30,870 bases of DNA, from the IMG/VR virus record IMGVR_UViG_3300032290_000244, positions 1 to 30,870 of that record; one strand, written 5' to 3'. The notes under the pieces were generated by a model. The model was not told where the DNA came from and did not search any database. It saw only the letters and a program-made list of their open reading frames with translations. This DNA comes from a virus (taxonomy: Duplodnaviria > Caudoviricetes). Made by a program: the position numbers and the translations under genes. Shown here one piece after another: positions 8,111 through 15,332 of this stretch. Position 1 is the stretch's first letter. Every line of letters starts with the position of its first letter.

Positions 8111-8270
8111 AGCAAGAAAGGAGGACATCATTACTGTCCTTCTTGCGTTGCAACATCAGAACTTCTGTCTTACTAATACTGTTTCAAATCTTGTAAAACA
8201 ATGGCCATTAGCCCAGAGCATTACGGATCCAGTTGGAAAGTCGGAGACTTCATCCGAGAGCAACAACTAA
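8019..8270 (+). CDS. nblA: NblA-like phycobilisome degradation protein
   Basis: LEMTVEQQFKMRRLNDLLPEARKEDIITVLLALQHQNFCLTNTVSNLVKQW fits the NblA pattern (L-S/T-x-EQQF, two helices, terminal K-x-W). Start uncertain (7953, 8019 or 8058). Confidence 0.75.
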   Translation: MSQSFGPPPPVLEMTVEQQFKMRRLNDLLPEARKEDIITVLLALQHQNFCLTNTVSNLVKQWPLAQSITDPVGKSETSSESNN

Positions 8271-8482
8271 GTTTCCATCTTGGTAATGCGGTTAAATACA
8301 TCGCTCGATGTGGGAAGAAACCCACAGAAGATCCAATTGACGATTTAACAAAAGCAATCCACTACCTTGAAAACGAACGTGAGTTTCTACGAAACAGCAG
8401 CACACGAGTTTCGGAAAGCGTACGAGCTGCCGCTCGGGTTGACGACTTCCTCTTTGAAACTGCAGCAGAATTTGATCGATGA
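8201..8482 (+). CDS. DUF3310-family protein (related to T7 gp1.7 nucleotide kinase)
   Basis: SPEHY...FHLGNAVKYIARCGKK...DDLTKAIHYLE signature. Confidence 0.85.
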   Translation: MAISPEHYGSSWKVGDFIREQQLSFHLGNAVKYIARCGKKPTEDPIDDLTKAIHYLENEREFLRNSSTRVSESVRAAARVDDFLFETAAEFDR

Positions 8483-8759
8483 GGAACATCTAGAAGTTGC
8501 TCATGCTTACCTTGATCTCCTAAAGGACATCACGAACAAACGAGCACGTGAGCACCTACTGAAGGAGCTTGCTGACCTGATGTACGTATGTCATCAGATG
8601 GCTGCTTGCTTTGGTTGGGATCTGCAGACCGCATACAACCGAGTCCATGCAAGCAACATGAGCAAGCTTGGTGAAGACGGCAAGCCCATTCGCCGTGAGG
8701 ATGGAAAGATCCTTAAAGGGCCTAACTACAAAGAACCATCACTGATTGATCTTGTCTAA
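8379..8759 (+). CDS. MazG-like all-alpha NTP pyrophosphohydrolase (DR2231/dUTPase-like)
   Basis: LIDEEHLE...KELADLMYV...VHASNMSK...REDGKILKGPNY. Start is GTG 8379 or TTG 8367. Confidence 0.85.
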   Translation: MSFYETAAHEFRKAYELPLGLTTSSLKLQQNLIDEEHLEVAHAYLDLLKDITNKRAREHLLKELADLMYVCHQMAACFGWDLQTAYNRVHASNMSKLGEDGKPIRREDGKILKGPNYKEPSLIDLV

Positions 8760-10149
8760 TACAACTGTGGAAAAAGAACTCATCGCACGTACTGGCCGTG
8801 TACAAAGTTGGATTGATGATCCAACATCTCGTCTCCCTGTGAGCTGCACTGTCTTCGTTGTTGAAGACACAATGGAGGGACCAAATGGAATCGAAGCTTC
8901 GTGGCGATTCGTTAGTCATGCTCTACGCTATGGAGCGGGCGTTGCAGTACACCTCTCCAAGATCCGTCACAAAGGATCTGAGAATAGCAAGGGTCTTGTG
9001 GCATCTGGCCCTGTTTCCTTTGCCAAGATCTATTCCACCCTTAATGAAATCCTGAGGCGTGGTGGTGTTTACAAGAATGGAGCAGTTGTATGCCATCTTG
9101 ATCTCAGCCATCCTGATGTGCTTGAGTTTATCAGTGTTAGTAGGGCTGACCTACCTTGGGTTAAGCGTTGCATCAATATTAACCAACATTGGTGGGACGA
9201 AGCAACACAAGAAGTAAAGACTGCTCTACTTGAAGGCATCAAGAAGGGTGACATCTGGCTCAACAAAACTAAAGTAGACAAAAATGGAAATCGAATCAGG
9301 GGTAACGTATGCTTGGAAGTCTACCTGCCCTCACGGGGTACCTGTCTACTTCAACATGTCAACCTCGGTGGATGTGAACTCAATGACATTCAAAGTGCGT
9401 TCGTCAACGGAATGTCCGAATTGTGCTCACTTCACGGAAAAACAAATGTTGGAGAAAGCGGGGAATATCTGCCTTCAAGCACTGATCGCCAAGTCGGTCT
9501 CGGAATGCTGGGACTTGCCAACCTTTTGAGGCGTTACAATGTAACCTATGAGGTATTCGGTAAGGCACTTAAGGATATTAATGATGGGTTGATGGCACAG
9601 ACTCCTGCTCATATTCTTGCAGCAGAACTCAATGCTGGTATCATCACAGCAGCGCATACTGCTCGCATCAATAACATGGATCGAGCGTTTGCTATTGCCC
9701 CCACAGCGTCCTGTAGCTACCGTTATACCGACCTGGATGGGTACACTACCTGTCCTGAGATTGCACCTCCTATTGCCCGCCAAGTAGACCGTGATAGCGG
9801 TACCTTTGGCGTCCAGAGCTTTGATTACGGTCCTGTTGAGATCGCATCTGAAGTTGGCTGGGATAACTACAAGCGAGTAACGGATGAGATTGTCCGTATG
9901 CTCGATAAGACGGGTCTTCTTCATGGATACTCATTCAATAGTTGGTCCGATGTGGTCACCTATGATGAGGCATTCATTGAGGAGTGGCTGGATAGCCCCC
10001 AAACATCTCTTTACTACTCACTCCAAGTGATGGGAGACGTTCAGGATAAATCCAGCGCATATGCAGCACTGGATGAAGCTGAAGTTGACGATTACCTGGA
10101 GTCTATTCTTAATGAAACACAAGCTCCTGATTGTAATTGCGGCGAATGA
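8746..10149 (+). CDS. nrdA: Ribonucleotide reductase, minimal class I alpha subunit (cyanopodophage type, no ATP cone)
   Basis: VSCTVF, GNVCLE (N-x-C-x-E catalytic loop), TCLL, APTASCS, SLYY (Tyr-Tyr radical relay) and C-terminal CNC. TTG start uncertain. Confidence 0.9.
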   Translation: MILSNTTVEKELIARTGRVQSWIDDPTSRLPVSCTVFVVEDTMEGPNGIEASWRFVSHALRYGAGVAVHLSKIRHKGSENSKGLVASGPVSFAKIYSTLNEILRRGGVYKNGAVVCHLDLSHPDVLEFISVSRADLPWVKRCININQHWWDEATQEVKTALLEGIKKGDIWLNKTKVDKNGNRIRGNVCLEVYLPSRGTCLLQHVNLGGCELNDIQSAFVNGMSELCSLHGKTNVGESGEYLPSSTDRQVGLGMLGLANLLRRYNVTYEVFGKALKDINDGLMAQTPAHILAAELNAGIITAAHTARINNMDRAFAIAPTASCSYRYTDLDGYTTCPEIAPPIARQVDRDSGTFGVQSFDYGPVEIASEVGWDNYKRVTDEIVRMLDKTGLLHGYSFNSWSDVVTYDEAFIEEWLDSPQTSLYYSLQVMGDVQDKSSAYAALDEAEVDDYLESILNETQAPDCNCGE

Positions 10150-10859
10150 ACCCTTATCAAAAACTATTTAATCGTAAACGTACCTGGACTCCTGTACAAA
10201 CAACTGCTGGTCAACTTGTTGAGGGTTCGGAGGAAACCATCTTCCGGGCTCTCGCCCTTCGCCATATGGAACTACCTGTTGGCGACTTTATCAATGATGC
10301 ATTGAAGAATGAAGTTCCAGAGCTATCGCGGGACCTACTCCGATCCAACATCAAAGACGAAGAGAACCACGACTTGGCTCTCGGTTACATCGCCCAAGCT
10401 TTGGGCACTGACCCAGTTGCTGAAGCCGAAGCCCTTCGACTCCGCGATGCTTGGACGGCGCATCCTGATCACACGGTCCTCAAAGCAATGGTGGCCGAGC
10501 GTGCAATTTTCTTCGTTCTATTGCCGTTCTTCCGCTTTAATGGTGACGCTGGTCTCCGAACAGTAAGTGCTGATATCAGTCGTGATGAACAAGTTCATGT
10601 GGCAACGAATAGCTTGGTATGTCGTGAGCTTGGTCTCACTGTATCTCCTTCTCTTGATCGCCTCAGGAAGGCAACCATTGCCTGGGTGATGCAACCACTC
10701 AAGAAGTCAGAGAACAAGTACCTAGACAAACAGTTCTGGCTTGATCAAAGTGACAGCTTGATGTATGCAGGTAAAGCAGAAGGGTTAATCGAAACACAAC
10801 GCGCTCGTATGCCGGCTTTCTTTGAACATGCCAACCCCAATCTTCCTCAATACGCTTGA
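10146..10859 (+). CDS. nrdB: Ribonucleotide reductase class I beta subunit (ferritin-like)
   Basis: ATGA overlap with the alpha stop. Dimetal ligands HMELP, DEENH, AERAIFF, DEQVH. Confidence 0.85.
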   Translation: MNPYQKLFNRKRTWTPVQTTAGQLVEGSEETIFRALALRHMELPVGDFINDALKNEVPELSRDLLRSNIKDEENHDLALGYIAQALGTDPVAEAEALRLRDAWTAHPDHTVLKAMVAERAIFFVLLPFFRFNGDAGLRTVSADISRDEQVHVATNSLVCRELGLTVSPSLDRLRKATIAWVMQPLKKSENKYLDKQFWLDQSDSLMYAGKAEGLIETQRARMPAFFEHANPNLPQYA

Positions 10860-11028
10860 GACACATGGTCTCCAGCTCAGTTCACTCATCTCTGAATTAG
10901 ACGAGAACTTTCCAACAGTTAATCCACACCCGGATGATCCAACCAATCTGATAATGTACCGCTCGGGCCAACGTTCTGTTGTCGAGTGGATTCAACACCG
11001 ACTTAATGAAGAGAACAATGGCTCCTAG
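10828..11028 (+). CDS. Small conserved phage protein (T7 gp6.5-like position)
   Basis: ELDENFP...IMYRSGQRSVVEWI pattern typical of T7-like phages upstream of the virion genes. Confidence 0.7.
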   Translation: MPTPIFLNTLETHGLQLSSLISELDENFPTVNPHPDDPTNLIMYRSGQRSVVEWIQHRLNEENNGS

Positions 11029-12226
11029 AAATAGTAACAAGAGTAGAAGTAAAGGTGCTAGTCGAAGCGCACAAATTACACAGGCACCATTGCCGAGTAC
11101 GTTCACCCAAAACAATATTAAAGGTGCTACGTATATTCCTGGTTTGTATTCACCTGGAATGCCGTCTTATAATGCACAATATGGTGGTGGTGGTTGGGCT
11201 GCACTTGGTAAAGGGACAACAGCAGATCAGCTAAAGCAAAAACTTGCTAGTGATTTTGCTGCAGGTAGAATGGTTGGTGGTTACACTGGTGGTCCTATTG
11301 ATCGTCAGAATGCTAGCAGCATTGCTGCAATGGATCAGTTCTATTACGGTCAACCAAACCCAACCAATACCTCCCGCTACGGAACTAAGGCAACACCTGG
11401 TTATCAAGACATCGATGGTGTAACGTTTAGCCCAGAAGCACTAGCTGCTGCTAAAGCTAACAACTCACCGTTTGTCCAAGGTGCAGATTACAATAAGTGG
11501 GCAGCAGGCATGCCAACTACTTCTCCAATTGACAGAGGGTTTGGCAATACGTCTTCGTCCACTTCAACTAGAACTACTCGTAAAATGAAAGACATTAAAT
11601 CAATTAAAGGTGGCCTGAAGATCGGCGGTAACAACATCCTTGGCGCCGGAGAAGCACGTAAGATTTCTCGTGCTACTGGGCGTCCTCAAGATACTGTAAT
11701 TGCAAAGGCTCTTGATTCTGGGTTTGGTATTGGTGGAAACCTTGTCAACCAATCAAATAAAGCATTCAGGCCGTCAATGAACCCACTTGCTGTGGATCCT
11801 CTTGCTGAAATGCGTAGAGTCAACACAAACAGGGGTCAGACATTCAATGGTAGTTACAAACTTGATGGTCAATCAACCCCTCTTGTTCAAACACGCAATG
11901 GTGGCGCAAATCCACTGAGCATCGGAGGTGGTGGAGGAGGCCGTAAAGGCAAAGGTAAGCGTGGGCGTAATGGTGGGATGACTGGGCAAGATACTGCGGT
12001 AACTCCAACGATTGATCAACAACCGATGGATTACCAGCCAATGACTCCACAAGAGATGGCAGCTGATACACCTGACTTTGGAATGATGTCTGGTGGTGGT
12101 AGTGGAGCAGCTGGTGCAACTGGTCTGCGTCGATCCAAGTCACGTCTTCGTCAACTTGGTATTTACGGACAAGGTACACGTCTTCTTAATCGGGGACTTC
12201 AATATGGAAACACACTTAATAGGTAA
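11018..12226 (+). CDS. Gly/Lys/Arg-rich low-complexity putative virion protein (T7 gp6.7/gp7.3 slot), ~402 aa
   Basis: ATG at 11018 overlaps the previous gene and the ORF ends 2 nt before the portal. The basic C-terminus GLRRSKSRLRQLG...LNR fits this slot. Function is inferred from position only. Confidence 0.65.
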   Translation: MAPRNSNKSRSKGASRSAQITQAPLPSTFTQNNIKGATYIPGLYSPGMPSYNAQYGGGGWAALGKGTTADQLKQKLASDFAAGRMVGGYTGGPIDRQNASSIAAMDQFYYGQPNPTNTSRYGTKATPGYQDIDGVTFSPEALAAAKANNSPFVQGADYNKWAAGMPTTSPIDRGFGNTSSSTSTRTTRKMKDIKSIKGGLKIGGNNILGAGEARKISRATGRPQDTVIAKALDSGFGIGGNLVNQSNKAFRPSMNPLAVDPLAEMRRVNTNRGQTFNGSYKLDGQSTPLVQTRNGGANPLSIGGGGGGRKGKGKRGRNGGMTGQDTAVTPTIDQQPMDYQPMTPQEMAADTPDFGMMSGGGSGAAGATGLRRSKSRLRQLGIYGQGTRLLNRGLQYGNTLNR

Positions 12227-12228
12227 GA

Positions 12229-13842
12229 ATGTCAGCTAAAACTAGGTATGACTATTTAGCAAGTGATCGTTCTCAATTTCTAAACGTAGCAAGACAAGCC
12301 GCTGACTTAACTCTTCCGTACCTTAATCGTGGTGAGGAAGAGTTTGTCAAAGGAGCACGTTATCTGCCTACACCATGGCAAAGCGTTGGTGCAAAGGGAG
12401 TAGTTACTCTGGCATCTAAATTGATGTTAGCTCTACTGCCTCCTCAAACCAGCTTCTTTAAACTGCAGGTAGATGACACTGCATTGGGTACTGAGTTCCC
12501 ACCTGAGGTTCGCTCAGAATTGGATCTTTCCTTTGCAAAGATTGAACGTACAATACTCGAAGCTATTGCTGCTTCTAGTGATCGTGTCGTCGTACACCAA
12601 GCACTGAAGCATCTTGTGGTGACGGGTAATGCGTTGGTCTTTATGGGAGAGAAGCAACTTAAGTTGTACCCCTTGAATCGTTATGTGTTAGAAAGAGATG
12701 GTAATGGCAATGTGCTTGAAATAGTCACGAAAGAACGAATCTCAAAGAAGCTTCTGATGAAGGTTCTCCCTCAGGCGATGCCTAATACTGTTGCGGGTAC
12801 TGAGGCTGAACGTAATGATGAAGCTGATATCTATACACATGTACGCCGAGACAACAACCGGTTTGTTTGGCATCAAGAGTATGAAGACAAGATCATCCCT
12901 GGTTCAATAGGTAAAGCACCTGTTGAAGCAAACCCTTGGTTGGTCCTTCGTTTCAATACAGTTGATGGTGAAGTCTATGGACGAGGCAGGGTTGAGGAAT
13001 TCATCGGAGATTTACGGTCTCTTGAAGCACTCAGCCAGGCATTGGTAGAAGGCTCGGCAGCAGCTGCAAAGGTTGTCTTCGTAGTGTCACCATCAAGCAC
13101 GACCAAACCGGCCACGCTGGCGTCTGCAGGCAATGGTGCAATCGTCCAAGGAAGACCTGATGACATTGGTGTTGTACAGGTTGGTAAGACCGCTGACTTC
13201 CGTACTGCCTTTGAAATGATGGGTCAGTTGGAACGTCGGTTGTCTGAAGCATTCCTGATCCTGTCAGTACGACAATCGGAAAGGACGACAGCTGAAGAAG
13301 TCCGAATGACACAAATGGAATTGGAGCAACAGCTTGGTGGACTATTCAGTCTGCTGACTACTGAGTTCCTTGTTCCGTACCTCAATCGTAAGCTGAATGT
13401 ATTCCAAAAGACTGGCAAGATCCCACGTCTTCCAAAGGATATTGTAAAGCCTACGATTGTTGCTGGTGTTAATGCACTTGGCCGTGGACAGGATCGTGAA
13501 AGTATCACAGCTTTCCTGACAACCATTGCTCAAACAATGGGACCTGAGGCACTGGGTAAATACATCAACAGTGACGAGGTAATTAAACGCCTTGCTGCTG
13601 CACAAGGTATTGATGTATTGAACCTGGTGAAGAGTGTCGATGAAATGAAGCAGGAACAGTCAGAGAACATGAACCTGCAGAAGGACATGATGCTTACTCA
13701 ACAGATTGGTCAACTAGCAAAGACACCGCTACTTGATCCAAGTAAGAACCCTAATGCAATGGAGATGATCAATGGACAAGGCAATGCCATCCCGCCCACA
13801 ACGCCAGAAGAACAAGCCGGTGCCGCCCCAGCTATCGGCTGA
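12229..13842 (+). CDS. Head-tail connector / portal protein (T7 gp8 homolog)
   Basis: WQSVGAKGVVTLASKLMLALLP, YGRGRVEEFIGDL, ERTTAEEVR, LGGLFSLL, ALGRGQD. Confidence 0.97.
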   Translation: MSAKTRYDYLASDRSQFLNVARQAADLTLPYLNRGEEEFVKGARYLPTPWQSVGAKGVVTLASKLMLALLPPQTSFFKLQVDDTALGTEFPPEVRSELDLSFAKIERTILEAIAASSDRVVVHQALKHLVVTGNALVFMGEKQLKLYPLNRYVLERDGNGNVLEIVTKERISKKLLMKVLPQAMPNTVAGTEAERNDEADIYTHVRRDNNRFVWHQEYEDKIIPGSIGKAPVEANPWLVLRFNTVDGEVYGRGRVEEFIGDLRSLEALSQALVEGSAAAAKVVFVVSPSSTTKPATLASAGNGAIVQGRPDDIGVVQVGKTADFRTAFEMMGQLERRLSEAFLILSVRQSERTTAEEVRMTQMELEQQLGGLFSLLTTEFLVPYLNRKLNVFQKTGKIPRLPKDIVKPTIVAGVNALGRGQDRESITAFLTTIAQTMGPEALGKYINSDEVIKRLAAAQGIDVLNLVKSVDEMKQEQSENMNLQKDMMLTQQIGQLAKTPLLDPSKNPNAMEMINGQGNAIPPTTPEEQAGAAPAIG

Positions 13843-13999
13843 GGACAAGGCTCTCTTTGATGAGTCTGGCAATAAGTATGCACCACGGACCAAGATTGGT
13901 AAAGCAACTATTGGTGTACCCAATCGTGTTGAACGAGTTGGTCTTGGAAATTTAAAAGTAATCACCACTAATGGCTACACTGACGTACGACCCGACTGA
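13772..13999 (+). CDS. Small basic hypothetical protein between portal and scaffold
   Basis: ATG preceded by GGAG. Spans the portal-scaffold gap and overlaps both genes. Contains NKYAPRTKIG...VGLGNLKVIT. Confidence 0.6.
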   Translation: MDKAMPSRPQRQKNKPVPPQLSAEDKALFDESGNKYAPRTKIGKATIGVPNRVERVGLGNLKVITTNGYTDVRPD

Positions 14000-14735
14000 A
14001 GCTCAAGACGGAGAATTCTCTGCAGATGAGCTGGATTCTCTGCAAGTAGGACAAGCTCTTGAAGAACAACAACAGCAACTACTTGCTGGTAAGTTCAAAG
14101 ATGCAGAGGATCTTGAACAGGCTTACATTGAACTACAACGTAAGCTCGGCAATCGAGAAACTGAAACCACAGATGAAGAACCTCAACAACCAGAAGAGGA
14201 TGAAGTCCAAGAGGAAGTCGATGTAGATTTCCTCGAACGTTTGTGGCAGGAATCACAAGGTGAGTATTCACAAGAGACACTAGATGCTCTGCAGAATATG
14301 GATCCGACTGACCTTGCTCAGATGTATTTGGACTTTAGGTCTCAAGTAGAGGAAGGTGGTCAAGTCGAGACCATGACTGAAGAAGACGTTAGCAGCCTTC
14401 AAGGTATTGTTGGCGGTCAAGAGCAGTATGGTCAGATGATGGCTTGGGCACAAGAATCTTTATCTGAACAAGAGATCAACATGTACGACGCAGTAATGGA
14501 TAGAGGAGATCCTCTGGCTTGTTACTTCGCTGTTAATGCTCTTGCATTTCGGTTTCAAGAAGCACAAGGTTATGACGGTCAAATGCTGACTGGTAAAGCA
14601 CCAGGTGCTCAGGTACAAGGTTTCCGTAGCCAAGCTGAGTTGGTCAGGGCGATGAGCGATCCTCGCTATGACAATGATCCTGCGTATCGAGCAGATGTAG
14701 CTGCAAAGCTTGAGATGTCTGATCTCAATTTCTAA
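13971..14735 (+). CDS. Capsid assembly scaffolding protein (T7 gp9 homolog)
   Basis: Very acidic. LLAGKFKDAEDLEQAYIELQRKLG, VGGQEQY, FRSQAELVRAMSDPRYDNDPAYR. Confidence 0.93.
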   Translation: MATLTYDPTEAQDGEFSADELDSLQVGQALEEQQQQLLAGKFKDAEDLEQAYIELQRKLGNRETETTDEEPQQPEEDEVQEEVDVDFLERLWQESQGEYSQETLDALQNMDPTDLAQMYLDFRSQVEEGGQVETMTEEDVSSLQGIVGGQEQYGQMMAWAQESLSEQEINMYDAVMDRGDPLACYFAVNALAFRFQEAQGYDGQMLTGKAPGAQVQGFRSQAELVRAMSDPRYDNDPAYRADVAAKLEMSDLNF

Positions 14736-14817
14736 GTATTGGTAAAACTATCAATACACGCGTAGTATTGGCAGTTCAGAAGGAGTAAGCAATATTAAAG
14801 TCCCTTGCAATGAACTC
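14736..14817 (+). promoter_or_regulatory. Structured intergenic leader upstream of the rlpA-like gene
   Basis: GTATTGGT(14736-43)/ATCAATAC(14750-57) hairpin. A second GTATTG at 14765-70 can pair alternatively with CAATAC. AGTTCA(14773-78)/TGAACT(14811-16) stem ends 1 nt before the ATG. Confidence 0.4.
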
Positions 14818-15123
14818 ATGCTTACTCTGACAATCACTCTCGCTTCTCTTGCATCGTGGTATGGCTATCCGTATCACGGAAATCGAACCTCCTCTGGAGA
14901 GATCTACAATATGCATTCAATGACTGCTGCACATCGCACCCTTCCTTTTGGAACAAAGGTGCGTGTCTGTAATGTCTCTAATAGACGTTGTGTTACTGTG
15001 CGTATCAATGATCGTGGGCCATTTGTTCATGGTCGTGATATTGATCTCAGTCGTGCTGCAGCAGAGTCAATTGGGTTGAGAAGTGCGGGTGTTGGTCAAG
15101 TTACTATTCAACGAATTAACTGA
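14818..15123 (+). CDS. rlpA: RlpA-like double-psi beta-barrel lytic transglycosylase (probable endolysin or wall-remodelling enzyme)
   Basis: ASWYG...G.RTSSGE.YNM..MTAAHRTLPFGTKVRV...VTVRINDRGPF..GRDIDLSRAAA..IG, the full RlpA DPBB signature. Confidence 0.93.
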   Translation: MLTLTITLASLASWYGYPYHGNRTSSGEIYNMHSMTAAHRTLPFGTKVRVCNVSNRRCVTVRINDRGPFVHGRDIDLSRAAAESIGLRSAGVGQVTIQRIN

Positions 15124-15125
15124 TC

Positions 15126-15170
15126 ATGAAAGGTAAAGGTAAAGGCGGCGGCGGTAAGAAAGGCTGCTGA
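15126..15170 (+). CDS. Putative 14-aa Lys/Gly micro-peptide MKGKGKGGGGKKGC
   Basis: ATG lies 2 nt after the rlpA stop. Clean AAA/AAG/GGT/GGC codons, TGA at 15168-15170. Confidence 0.5.
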   Translation: MKGKGKGGGGKKGC

Positions 15171-15175
15171 TTAAC

Positions 15176-15332
15176 GGAGCAGGGCACCTCAGTGTCGGAC
15201 CCTGTTCCTCTTGACTATTGGCCGGTTACGACCGACAACCTTTAGTCATGACAGTCGGAGAGACGACAATACAATCTAATAACATCTAAGCGCTTAGAGA
15301 GACTCTACACAAACAACTCTCTCTTTACTATT
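15176..15332 (+). promoter_or_regulatory. Multi-hairpin structured leader of the major capsid gene (possible late promoter or cis-regulatory RNA)
   Basis: GGAGCAGGG/CCCTGTTCC stem (15176-15208). TGACTA/TAGTCA stem (15212-15248) enclosing CGGT-TACG-ACCG. GTC-GGAGA-GAC hairpin (15254-64). Perfect palindrome TCTAAGCGCTTAGA (15285-98). AGAGAG/CTCTCT pairing. Confidence 0.5.

Noticed and set aside
14736-15230. Three TATTGG copies as repeated phage RNAP promoters
   Set aside because: Similarity does not extend beyond 6-8 nt, and I found no long repeated promoter consensus elsewhere in the window by eye.
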